From the IMG/VR virus record IMGVR_UViG_3300044633_000521: DNA of 64,000 bases, one strand, 5' to 3'. The DNA is from a virus. Within the stretch, counting starts at the first letter, position 1. Each line of letters opens with the position of its first letter. The notes beneath the pieces were generated by a model, which was not told where the DNA came from, made no database searches, and saw only the letters and a list, made by a program, of their open reading frames with translations. Made by a program: the position numbers and the translations under genes. This document shows positions 18,740 to 27,538 of the stretch, in pieces.

Positions 18740-20779
18740 TTACCACTCCTTGGTTAAAGCAAATCCTACTTGGTTGTTAGTTACACCTACTTGATTCAAG
18801 TAATTAATTTGGTGTTCGGTGTAGGCAATTAAATTAGTGCCCTTGGCTTTGTATTTGTAGTAAGCGCCAACATCATATTCATTAACATTAGACGCAATAC
18901 TTACACGCTCTTTACTGTATTGTACTACACCTTCCGCTGACATAGCAACTGGTATGGTAACATCAACCGATCCTTGGTATACTGTAACTGGTTGACTTAC
19001 TGTAGCCCCAACGCTGTGTGCGTCTTGTGACCAGTCTAGTCCAGCATGCCAACTATAGCTTTGTGTATTACCAACATTAGTAACTAATCCAGTATTAGAC
19101 AAATTAGCCTGTGTACTTCCTACCCACACACTACTAAACGCTGTTACATTCTTATTTAGACGATGTTGCCCTGTCACGTTAATAAACTGAGTGTAACTAG
19201 CATCAACTTGACCAAACATGCCGCCGATACTATTGCCCATCCAACTGTTGCGTTCATTTAACATACCAAAGCCCACACGCATGTCAGTATCTTTATTTAG
19301 GTTTGAAGTTTTACCAACTTCAAATTGTGCTGTATTTGTAACCTCATTCATAGCAAACTTAACATCATACTCGCCAGCGAACTGCTCTCCACTAAATGTG
19401 TAGTAGTTTAACCTAGCATAAGGATTATAATTATAATAGAAGTTTGCCTTGTTAATAGGATTGAAATCAGCACGAGCTGTACGTGTTGCGGCACTTTGGC
19501 TTAGGTCTACACTATAATTACGACCAAAGTCATCAATGGAAACAACGCTACTTAACTTACTACTAATAGCACTTAGGCCGCCTGATGTATTAGTAGCAAA
19601 GCCACCAGATAAGGCGATCTTACCTGTACGTCCTGCTGTAGGAATACCTAATGTGCCGACTGGCCGTGTTGCTCGTTCCAAATCAAGTAGACCTTGACCA
19701 AATACTTCTTTGTCGTACCCTGGCAGATCTTTATTAGCAGTAACCATTAACAGTTTAACAATGTTTTCACCTTTCATGTAAGGCCACATTTGACTAATAA
19801 CAGCAACACTGCCCGATACTGCGGCGGCCGCCTGACTAGTACCTGTTTGGATATTGTAAGTATCTCCAGTTTTAGCCGAGGTAAACGCATTACCTGGTGC
19901 TAGGATATAGAAGTCACTAACACGATATAAGTCTTTACACTGCCTATTAACCACACTGCGACAAATGCTACCTGCTCGGTTACTGTATGTAGCTATAGCA
20001 TTTTTATCAACGTCCCAAGCACCAACAATGATCACCCGACCACCTAAGATTAAATTACCTTTAGCATCTGTGGCTGTAGCAAGTGTACCCGGTTGTTCAG
20101 CATAAGCACGGCCACTGTTACCAGCACTGTTGACTAGAATCAACTCAGGTCCTAGGTAAGACTTCCACATATTGGGATCTTCACCCATAAAGTATCGACC
20201 AACATATCGCGTATCTTTATTAGCCCACGTTTTACCGTCACCTAATAGGTACATATTTTTAAGATAGGCCGTATCATAGGTATAGTTGGCACTGATGTTA
20301 GCTACAACTGCGCCAATGTTGTTGCCCCATTTAAGTGCTTCACGTGCTTGACTAAAGTTATATGCTGTATTATCAGTAACTTTAGCAATAGCTAAACTAG
20401 CATCTGGTGCCACACCCGCCATACCAATACCGTCCCAATTGGCTGCGGCAATGCCTGCAAGCCCAGTACCATGGCCCACACGGTCTCCCATACCGTATTT
20501 GCTATTGATAAAGTTTTTTTGATAAAGAATACTATTAGTAAACTCTTTATGATTAGCGTTAATGCCGCTGTCAATGATAAGAATTAAACTGCCGCTGCCT
20601 GTATAGCCACGTGCCCATGCTGAATTAGCGTTAATTGCTCGCAGAAAATCATCGCCAGTTTTGCCTTTGGCTATAGAATCTGCTGTATATTCTGCTGTGT
20701 TGTAAGGAGTTAGGTTGAGTGTTTCTGAGTTAGCAGTAAAAGAAACTACTAATAATGATGCTAAGATTAAGTTTTTCAA
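18740..20779 (-). CDS. Secreted subtilisin-family (S8) serine protease with probable C-terminal beta-barrel
   Basis: Signal peptide; IIDSG, GHGT, SAGNSG and GTSQA catalytic motifs; G.G.LDL linker; amphipathic beta-strands ending in Trp; TTG start. Confidence 0.85.
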   Translation of the reverse strand: MKNLILASLLVVSFTANSETLNLTPYNTAEYTADSIAKGKTGDDFLRAINANSAWARGYTGSGSLILIIDSGINANHKEFTNSILYQKNFINSKYGMGDRVGHGTGLAGIAAANWDGIGMAGVAPDASLAIAKVTDNTAYNFSQAREALKWGNNIGAVVANISANYTYDTAYLKNMYLLGDGKTWANKDTRYVGRYFMGEDPNMWKSYLGPELILVNSAGNSGRAYAEQPGTLATATDAKGNLILGGRVIIVGAWDVDKNAIATYSNRAGSICRSVVNRQCKDLYRVSDFYILAPGNAFTSAKTGDTYNIQTGTSQAAAAVSGSVAVISQMWPYMKGENIVKLLMVTANKDLPGYDKEVFGQGLLDLERATRPVGTLGIPTAGRTGKIALSGGFATNTSGGLSAISSKLSSVVSIDDFGRNYSVDLSQSAATRTARADFNPINKANFYYNYNPYARLNYYTFSGEQFAGEYDVKFAMNEVTNTAQFEVGKTSNLNKDTDMRVGFGMLNERNSWMGNSIGGMFGQVDASYTQFINVTGQHRLNKNVTAFSSVWVGSTQANLSNTGLVTNVGNTQSYSWHAGLDWSQDAHSVGATVSQPVTVYQGSVDVTIPVAMSAEGVVQYSKERVSIASNVNEYDVGAYYKYKAKGTNLIAYTEHQINYLNQVGVTNNQVGFALTKEW

Positions 20780-20780
20780 T

Positions 20781-20840
20781 TTGACTACTTCCTAAAAAGA
20801 GAACAGTATTATATTATACACTCTTTTTAGGAAATGTCAA
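20781..20840 (-). promoter_or_regulatory. sigma70-type promoter (TTGACA-N16-TATAAT) inside a long hairpin covering the S8 RBS
   Basis: 13-bp perfect inverted repeat 20789-20801 / 20821-20833, extendable to about 20 bp. Confidence 0.7.
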
Positions 20841-20845
20841 CCAAT

Positions 20846-21196
20846 TTAACGCATGTATTCTAATGTAACGATCTTGCTTAACGATTCAGTTAGATCAGCG
20901 TCTTCACCAATGACATAACGTCTAATACTTTCGTTATCTTTTTTATCATCGTAGCGTGATGTTTCTACAATCTTACCACCATTGGCACCATAGATTTTAA
21001 AAGTAATAACACTTTCGTCGTCATAGTTATGTTCTACTCTGCGGGTGCTAGTAACACTAAGTTTATTACTGCCGCGGCGACCGCGCTTTGGTGATTCAAC
21101 TAGTTCCTCTATAGAACCCTTCATACGGATACGATCTGACCAGCGTAAGATCCAACGATCAAACCAAGTCATTGTCGCTCCCGCGATTCTTTTCAT
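20846..21196 (-). CDS. Hypothetical phage protein
   Basis: About 108-116 aa; F.IY.ANGG.IVE motif. Confidence 0.6.
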   Translation of the reverse strand: MKRIAGATMTWFDRWILRWSDRIRMKGSIEELVESPKRGRRGSNKLSVTSTRRVEHNYDDESVITFKIYGANGGKIVETSRYDDKKDNESIRRYVIGEDADLTESLSKIVTLEYMR

Positions 21197-21341
21197 TTAA
21201 GAATTCATCATTGGCTTTTGCTTCTTGTATCTTAGCCCACTGTTCTGGTGTGTAACTGTGGCTACCGTCACAGTCTCCACTCGCACTGCGGCCACAGCCG
21301 CATGAACCGAATTTACCATTTGTTGTTGCTCTTATCTGCAT
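21159..21341 (-). CDS. CDGSH (NEET-type) iron-sulfur domain miniprotein
   Basis: CGCGRS...CDGSH motif; AGGA SD upstream. Confidence 0.8.
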   Translation of the reverse strand: MQIRATTNGKFGSCGCGRSASGDCDGSHSYTPEQWAKIQEAKANDEFLNEKNRGSDNDLV

Positions 21342-21350
21342 ATCTATTCC

Positions 21351-22046
21351 TTATCTAGGCGCAAACTCTTGTTGTAATTTAATATTATCAAAGAACTCTT
21401 TCTTAGTGTCTGGGTCAGCTTTAAACGCACCGTGTAAGACAGTTGTTTGAGTTAATGAACTATGTGCCATAATACCGCGATTCTCACAGCAACCATGTAC
21501 TGCTTGAATGTAAACTGCTACGTCTACGGCATCAGTTGCTTTCATTATTTCACGGGCAATGTCATTGGCAAGTTCTTCTTGTAAAGTGCCTCGACGAGCG
21601 CACCATTGTGCTATTCTGGTATATTTAGACAAGCCAATAAGTTTATTAGCGGCAATGATACCGATGTAGGCAACCCCACTAACAGGCTGATGATGATGAG
21701 AACACATACTACGTAACTCGCTACGAACCACAAGCATGCCTGTGTAACGGTCTTGACTATCATTTGGAAAAGCTGTTGCGTCTGGTGCTGGTTCATATCG
21801 ACCCGCCATGATCTCATTGAAGTACATCTTAGCTAGTCGTCTAGCTGTGCCTCGACTGTTAGGATCATTCTCACGATCAATAAGTAATGCGTCTAAGACA
21901 TCCTCAAATGCTAAGGTTGCTTCGTTGATTAATTTTACTTTATCTTCTTCTGAGATATATTCTGAGATGTTATCACCTGCCCAGAAACGTTTGTTATCTT
22001 TCTTTAGATTGTTGCGAATGTGTTCGCTAAGTGTGTATTTTGACAT
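21351..22046 (-). CDS. folE: GTP cyclohydrolase I
   Basis: TARRLAKM, SMCSHH, GLSKYTR, LQEEL, HGC...RG motifs. Confidence 0.96.
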   Translation of the reverse strand: MSKYTLSEHIRNNLKKDNKRFWAGDNISEYISEEDKVKLINEATLAFEDVLDALLIDRENDPNSRGTARRLAKMYFNEIMAGRYEPAPDATAFPNDSQDRYTGMLVVRSELRSMCSHHHQPVSGVAYIGIIAANKLIGLSKYTRIAQWCARRGTLQEELANDIAREIMKATDAVDVAVYIQAVHGCCENRGIMAHSSLTQTTVLHGAFKADPDTKKEFFDNIKLQQEFAPR

Positions 22047-22089
22047 TATGTCTCCGATGTTAAGCCAGTGGATTGGCGTAGTTAATAAT

Positions 22090-22119
22090 AGTATATAGGT
22101 TTATTTAGGTCGTTGTCAA
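22090..22119 (-). promoter_or_regulatory. sigma70-type promoter TTGACA-N18-TATACT with nested CTAAATA, for folE
   Basis: Read directly in the intergenic gap. Confidence 0.6.
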
Positions 22120-22132
22120 CAAGTTTGATAAT

Positions 22133-23035
22133 TTATTTTCGAATCGACGCATAATTAGATAAAAAGTACTCAATAGTTTCATCAAGCCCTTGATCCAATG
22201 ATGTAAAAGTAACATCACCTAACAATTTCTTTAGTTTGCTAGTGTCGGTGTTCTTACGATATTGGCCGTCTGGTTTATCCGCATCAAAAATAATGTTATT
22301 TTTAAATTTCATTTTATCACAAATAACAGTTACCAAGTCTTTAATACTAATTTCAGCAGATGAACTAACAATTACTGAACCTACCTGATCTTTAGTTAAT
22401 AGTAACGAGCTAATTGTAGCAACATCACGGGCAAATACAAACTCTCTAAGAGGTTCGCCCGAACCCCATACAACAATGTCAGTGTTATTTTTAATAGCCA
22501 AATAACAACGATGAATCAACGAAGGAATAACATGGCCGCTTTCAAGATTATAATTATCATTTGGACCATATACATTAGTTGGAATAACTTCAAAGTAATC
22601 TGTACCATATTGCTGATTGTAAGCATCAATTTGAATGCCGGCCATTCGTTTAGCATACGCATAGCCAAAATTTGATCTGTGTGGTGCTCCTAAATGAATC
22701 TTATCTTCAGTGAGGGGATAGTCGATCTGGTCTGGAAAAACACAGGTAGAACTAAAATAGCATAGTTTCTTAACATTATATTTTTGCGCATAATCAATAA
22801 CATTTGTATTGATTAGTATATTATCTCGATAGAATTCAGCAGGATAGCGAGTATTGGCCAGTACACCACCAACTTTGGCTGCGGTGTGTATAATATATTC
22901 GGGTTTATATTTTTCGTACATCAATCTAACTTGTTCTGAATCCGACAGGTCAAATTCCCGACGTGTTGTTTTGTTTACTTCTGTAAACTCGCTGCCAATT
23001 AACCCCGCACCGCCTGTTACTAATATATTAGTCAT
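22133..23035 (-). CDS. fcl: GDP-L-fucose/GDP-L-colitose synthase (Fcl/ColC family epimerase-reductase)
   Basis: GGAGLIG, AAKVGG, SSTCVFP, YAYAK, PTNVYGPNDN, HVIP and WGSG.PLREF motifs. Confidence 0.92.
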   Translation of the reverse strand: MTNILVTGGAGLIGSEFTEVNKTTRREFDLSDSEQVRLMYEKYKPEYIIHTAAKVGGVLANTRYPAEFYRDNILINTNVIDYAQKYNVKKLCYFSSTCVFPDQIDYPLTEDKIHLGAPHRSNFGYAYAKRMAGIQIDAYNQQYGTDYFEVIPTNVYGPNDNYNLESGHVIPSLIHRCYLAIKNNTDIVVWGSGEPLREFVFARDVATISSLLLTKDQVGSVIVSSSAEISIKDLVTVICDKMKFKNNIIFDADKPDGQYRKNTDTSKLKKLLGDVTFTSLDQGLDETIEYFLSNYASIRK

Positions 23036-24002
23036 AGTATTTCACCCAATAGTCTATCATTTCGTCTAACATTGTTTCAAATGTATATGTGGGAGACCAA
23101 CCTGTAGCATTTCTTAGTTTACTGCTATCACCTTTAAGGAAGTTTAATTCTTCCGGCCGGAAATATTTAGGATCTTGTGTTACATAATTTTTATAATCTA
23201 ACTCTAGCTTACCAAACACATATTCTACTAGATCTAGTACTGAATGACTTATACCAGTTGCGCATACAAAATCATCAGGTTTTTCTCGCTGTAAAATTAA
23301 CCACATTGCTCGGACATAGTCGCTAGCATGGCCCCAATCGCGATGTGCGTTTAAATTACCAAGGGCTACATGGGTTGAAAGACCTTTTTTAATTTTTACT
23401 GCTTCCTTAACAACTTTGTTAGTCACAAAGTTACTGCCTCGACGAGGACTTTCGTGATTAAACAGTATGCCTGTACTGACAAACATGTTATAAGAATTTC
23501 TATAATTCACACAAAGGTTGTGAGCAAATACCTTAGAGCAGCCATACGGTGATACTGGGATCATTTTAGTTGTTTCTCGCTGAAACCCATCAATGTCAAA
23601 TTGATTACCAAACATCTCCGACGAACTTGCTTGGTATATTTTTGCTGTAGGAGTTATTTGTCTGGCAGCTTCTAATAGATTTAACGTCCCAATAGCAGTA
23701 ACTGATGCGGTGTAAATAGGTTGATCAAAACTAACCTTAACATGCGATTGCGCACCTAGATTATAAATTTCATCGGGCTGTACGTCACGCATAATGTTTA
23801 ACAATGACGAGAAATCTAATAGATCGCCGTACGCCAAATTATGTTTTATTTTATCAAATGATTGGTCCAATCGCGACGTTTGATTTTCAGCTACGCTATT
23901 ACGTCTAATAATACCATAGACATCATATCCTTGCTCTAATAGAAACTCTGTAAGGTATGACCCGTCTTGTCCTGCTATTCCTGTAATAAATGCCTTCTTC
24001 AT
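23028..24002 (-). CDS. gmd: GDP-mannose 4,6-dehydratase
   Basis: ITGIAGQDGSYL, YNLGAQSHV, YQASSSE, SPYG.SK, FNHESPRRG and RDWGHA motifs. Confidence 0.97.
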   Translation of the reverse strand: MKKAFITGIAGQDGSYLTEFLLEQGYDVYGIIRRNSVAENQTSRLDQSFDKIKHNLAYGDLLDFSSLLNIMRDVQPDEIYNLGAQSHVKVSFDQPIYTASVTAIGTLNLLEAARQITPTAKIYQASSSEMFGNQFDIDGFQRETTKMIPVSPYGCSKVFAHNLCVNYRNSYNMFVSTGILFNHESPRRGSNFVTNKVVKEAVKIKKGLSTHVALGNLNAHRDWGHASDYVRAMWLILQREKPDDFVCATGISHSVLDLVEYVFGKLELDYKNYVTQDPKYFRPEELNFLKGDSSKLRNATGWSPTYTFETMLDEMIDYWVKYYD

Positions 24003-25186
24003 AGAGTCCTTTGTATAGCATTATACTGTGTGTCTAATACAGATTTTACTAATTTTAAATTCTCAGTTAATTCTCTACCATCATTGCCAATAAAGAATCC
24101 GCAACGATCAATATAATCTGCGTTAATAGTAGTGCCAGCTACCCTATAATTCATAAATCTACACGCTGGATTATTAATAAAATTTCCAGCTACTATAGGC
24201 CTTGTCTCAACTCCTGCCGCAGTTAGCGCAGATATAACATCATCTCGCTTATGTTCTAAAACTCCCTTAAGCACAATAGAAAACCCAAACCAACTACTTT
24301 GACCATACTCTGTCTGTATATCAGCATAATCACAGTCCGCAAATAACTGAGAAAATATTTGAGAATTTTGTCTACGTTGATCTAATTGTTGTGCTAATTT
24401 ATCTAATTGAACTTTGCCAACAGCCCCGCTCATTTCTAACGGTCGTACACAGTACCCGGGTAAAGCAAATCTAAAACTATCTTTAAAAGCATCACCTATT
24501 TTGTTACATACTAAATTTTCTTTAGGTAAGTCTCGTAACCACCCGTGTGCTCTTAAACTTTTTATCATTTGCGCAAGTTTGAGATCATTGGTTAATACCA
24601 TACCACCTTCCATAGTTTGTATATGATGGCTGAAAAAGAAACTAAATGAACCCATTAATCCCCAAGTACCGCAGTATCTATTATTAAGGGCCGCTCCCAA
24701 ACTCTCACAGTTATCCTCAATCAGTATAATGTTGTTTTCCTTACATATTAAAGATAATCGATCAAGTTCAGCAGGATTGCCCAATAGGTTAACTGCTAGA
24801 ATAATTTTAGTTTTAGTAGTAATAGCCGCTATTACAGCATCAACGTCAATGTTAAGTGTATACTTATTAATATCAACAAACACTAAGTTAAAATTGTTCT
24901 GATGAATTGGAAAAAATGTAGTCGACCAACTGACTGCTGGCACAATTACTTCATCACCAGACTGTAGATTAAATCGAGCGTCGTACCGAAGTGCTGACAA
25001 CATTAGCAAATTTGCGCTACTGCCGCTATTAGTCATAACAGCATATTTGACTTGATGGTACTTGGCAAATTGTTCTTCAAATTCAGATACTTCGTTGCCC
25101 ATGGTATAACGCCCACTTTGTATTACTTTAAGTAACACTTCTGTTTCGGCGGTATCCCAACTATTATGTGCTAATGGGTATATCAT
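23999..25186 (-). CDS. colD: GDP-4-keto-6-deoxy-D-mannose 3-dehydratase (ColD-like; DegT/DnrJ family)
   Basis: NSGSSANL, EDNCESLGA and SFFFSHHIQTMEGG with His replacing the Schiff-base Lys; adjacent to gmd/fcl. Confidence 0.85.
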   Translation of the reverse strand: MIYPLAHNSWDTAETEVLLKVIQSGRYTMGNEVSEFEEQFAKYHQVKYAVMTNSGSSANLLMLSALRYDARFNLQSGDEVIVPAVSWSTTFFPIHQNNFNLVFVDINKYTLNIDVDAVIAAITTKTKIILAVNLLGNPAELDRLSLICKENNIILIEDNCESLGAALNNRYCGTWGLMGSFSFFFSHHIQTMEGGMVLTNDLKLAQMIKSLRAHGWLRDLPKENLVCNKIGDAFKDSFRFALPGYCVRPLEMSGAVGKVQLDKLAQQLDQRRQNSQIFSQLFADCDYADIQTEYGQSSWFGFSIVLKGVLEHKRDDVISALTAAGVETRPIVAGNFINNPACRFMNYRVAGTTINADYIDRCGFFIGNDGRELTENLKLVKSVLDTQYNAIQRTL

Positions 25187-25761
25187 TTAATAATAATTTC
25201 ACGAAGATCTGGATACTGTTTGTATTTAGGTGCTTGGTCTACACTAGGTAATAATTCTAAAGCACGTACTGCGTCTTCTATTGTTGGACGATAGTGGTAT
25301 CCGACGTCAAAAACTTTTTGTTCTTGCCACGGGCTAACTGTCAAATCTCTGCCATCATAGCGTTGACGAATAAGTGTTTCATATGCTTGGGCATCATCTA
25401 ATAGAATGGCGCCGCCGTGTCCCACAGTTAATGGTTTATCATGTCCAAAGCTCAAACACTGCATCTGACCTTTGCGATACATACCCAACTGTAGTAGTCG
25501 TGCGCTGTCCCAAATACGTGTATTAGAAAATTGATATTCACCAAGCCAATCTAATCTAGTATATCCGTAGCTAATACCTAATTTTTCCATAGTCATCGGA
25601 ATACTTAGATAGGTGTGTGCTGGAAACATAGTACGTTTAACTTGATCGTAACGTAGACATAGCTCAATTGCGTGTGTACAGCAATCAGTCATGACAACAA
25701 ACGGTGCGCCAGTGAATTCTCCTAGTGCCCGTTCAAATTTTGCTATAGCATCAAAGGTCAT
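25183..25761 (-). CDS. Short DegT/DnrJ-like PLP-dependent protein
   Basis: FE..L..F.GAP, DCCTHAIEL, WDSA and SFGHDKPL..GHGGAIL with Lys retained; only 192 aa. Confidence 0.75.
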   Translation of the reverse strand: MTFDAIAKFERALGEFTGAPFVVMTDCCTHAIELCLRYDQVKRTMFPAHTYLSIPMTMEKLGISYGYTRLDWLGEYQFSNTRIWDSARLLQLGMYRKGQMQCLSFGHDKPLTVGHGGAILLDDAQAYETLIRQRYDGRDLTVSPWQEQKVFDVGYHYRPTIEDAVRALELLPSVDQAPKYKQYPDLREIIIK

Positions 25762-26846
25762 TTAATGTTCTTTAGTAGTTCAGTTGCTGAAAAGAAATCA
25801 TGATGTAGACTACGTGCTTGTTGCGGAACTAACTTAGCATACTCATCATAGTCAGTCATAAACTCTACAATCTTATCACATAGGTCTTTCTTATGGTGTA
25901 AGAAACCGCTATAGGACTCAGTCCATTCTGTTGGATATTTCCAAACGTCGGCATACATTTCGCTGTAACTTAGACGATTGGGCACCATTGGAATAGCATC
26001 AGTTAAGGCACCTTCATACATACTAATACCTAATGTTTCTTGTAGGTTAGCACTAAACACTATCTTAGCTTCACCTAGTAGGGTATGATATGCTTCTTTA
26101 GTTAATCCAAGTTCCTGACAGACGATCCATTCGTATTGTGGCAGTGCAGCCGCTAGGTCTTTAAAGATTTCTACCTGCTTCTCTGGTGCTATACGATGTG
26201 GGAATAAGATTAGGTCACGCTTCTTAGTCTTAAAAGGACTAATAGTAGTGGGCATATATTCCATGGGCCAGCCAGTGCGCACAATCTTGCCACTGGCAAT
26301 CATATCTGTTTTATCTTCTTCTGCCCACGGATTTTCGAATAACCCGTCATTAAGTAAGTTAGCACAGAACATATCAATATGAAAGTCTGTAGCAAAGTAG
26401 TTATGATCTATAGCATGAAAGAATGCCTTCTCACTGTGCCTAACCCACGAAGCATTACCAATCAAGCGTCCTAAGAAGTCTTGTGGGTCGTAACTTCCGG
26501 CGTGCCACAGGGCGTGAATAGTGACGGGAATGTCCAACAACTCGGACATATACTTAAGGTTAATAATCCCAGGATGCCAAGCGTCAGTAAAAATGAAGTG
26601 GTCACCCTTAAAAATCCTTCCTTCCGTAAATAGTCTAGCCATTTGCTCGACTTGATTGGCTTTATAGATATTAGTGCCGCCAAAGTTAAGAAAAGCGCCA
26701 GGGGTAGTAGCAGCAGGTATATCATGTGGGCCTGCGATAACATATACGTCATGTCCGTGTTCCTCTAAAAGTTTAGGTACATGAGCCTTCCACTGGCCCG
26801 TGTACCTTGTTTCAACAGCTTCTAGATCAACTAGAAAGACAGTCAT
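25758..26846 (-). CDS. GT-B fold glycosyltransferase (GT4-like)
   Basis: FPHRIAPEKQ and SANLQETLGISMYEG (ExxGxxxxE) donor-binding motifs; HAGSYDPQDFLGR. Confidence 0.82.
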   Translation of the reverse strand: MTVFLVDLEAVETRYTGQWKAHVPKLLEEHGHDVYVIAGPHDIPAATTPGAFLNFGGTNIYKANQVEQMARLFTEGRIFKGDHFIFTDAWHPGIINLKYMSELLDIPVTIHALWHAGSYDPQDFLGRLIGNASWVRHSEKAFFHAIDHNYFATDFHIDMFCANLLNDGLFENPWAEEDKTDMIASGKIVRTGWPMEYMPTTISPFKTKKRDLILFPHRIAPEKQVEIFKDLAAALPQYEWIVCQELGLTKEAYHTLLGEAKIVFSANLQETLGISMYEGALTDAIPMVPNRLSYSEMYADVWKYPTEWTESYSGFLHHKKDLCDKIVEFMTDYDEYAKLVPQQARSLHHDFFSATELLKNIK

Positions 26847-27082
26847 TATCGTGGATTCCTACCTTGATACCCACTTGGCTGGCCGTTACGTTGTTGCCAC
26901 TGCTGACGACGTTTGCGTTTTTCCTGCCATTCTTTGTACGCAGGGCTAACATATAAATCAGCCTCATCATACTTGATCATGTGGAAACGACAGTAGTTAC
27001 ACCAAGCATCTAAGTCGTTATAAATTTGTTTTACTTCAGGCTTCATTGTAAGATACTTCTTAAGCCAAACTGGATTTGCCAC
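26846..27082 (-). CDS. Hypothetical phage protein
   Basis: 78 aa; GTG start with AAGGAG SD. Confidence 0.65.
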   Translation of the reverse strand: MANPVWLKKYLTMKPEVKQIYNDLDAWCNYCRFHMIKYDEADLYVSPAYKEWQEKRKRRQQWQQRNGQPSGYQGRNPR

Positions 27083-27094
27083 GGAAAATTCTCC

Positions 27095-27538
27095 TTAAAT
27101 AGTGACAGACTGCATAGGACGAGTACAATTGTACTCAACGGAACATCCATTCTCGCCATCTTCGGATACTTCTATCCAAACATCACGATTGGGATACTTT
27201 GTAGCGATTTGTACATACAAATCATCTGCGATCATTTCGCAACTCTTATAATTTAATTCTAACGTACTGCCCACATACAAGGACTCAAGCCAGCGTTTGA
27301 ACTGGATGAACTCGATGTCTCTGTCTGTATGGAACACGTCGATCGACACCCGGAAATGAAAAATGTGACGATGAGGACTAGCAAGAAACGATACATCATA
27401 TTGATCTCCAGTTTTAAGTAATGGATTTACTGCGGCATCGGGATAACAATGGATACCTTCACGTTGGAAAGTAACCCATATCTTCTTTTGTGCTCGACTT
27501 TTAATACGTTCTATACGTTCACGTTCTGCTTGTATCAT
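27095..27538 (-). CDS. T-fold QueD/PTPS-like protein (divergent paralog)
   Basis: GIH, HRHIFHF metal-ligand motif, DIEF, SCEMIA and SEDGENG motifs. Confidence 0.65.
   Translation of the reverse strand: MIQAERERIERIKSRAQKKIWVTFQREGIHCYPDAAVNPLLKTGDQYDVSFLASPHRHIFHFRVSIDVFHTDRDIEFIQFKRWLESLYVGSTLELNYKSCEMIADDLYVQIATKYPNRDVWIEVSEDGENGCSVEYNCTRPMQSVTI

Noticed and set aside
22050-22085. Canonical preQ1-I riboswitch upstream of folE
   Set aside because: Stem is 4 bp, loop 6 nt and the A-rich tail is short; kept only as a low-confidence structured leader.
12869-25186. Bacterial chromosome or O-antigen locus interpretation
   Set aside because: Metabolic genes are interleaved and translationally coupled with phage-type replication, hypothetical and virion genes; no wzx/wzy or cellular housekeeping context.
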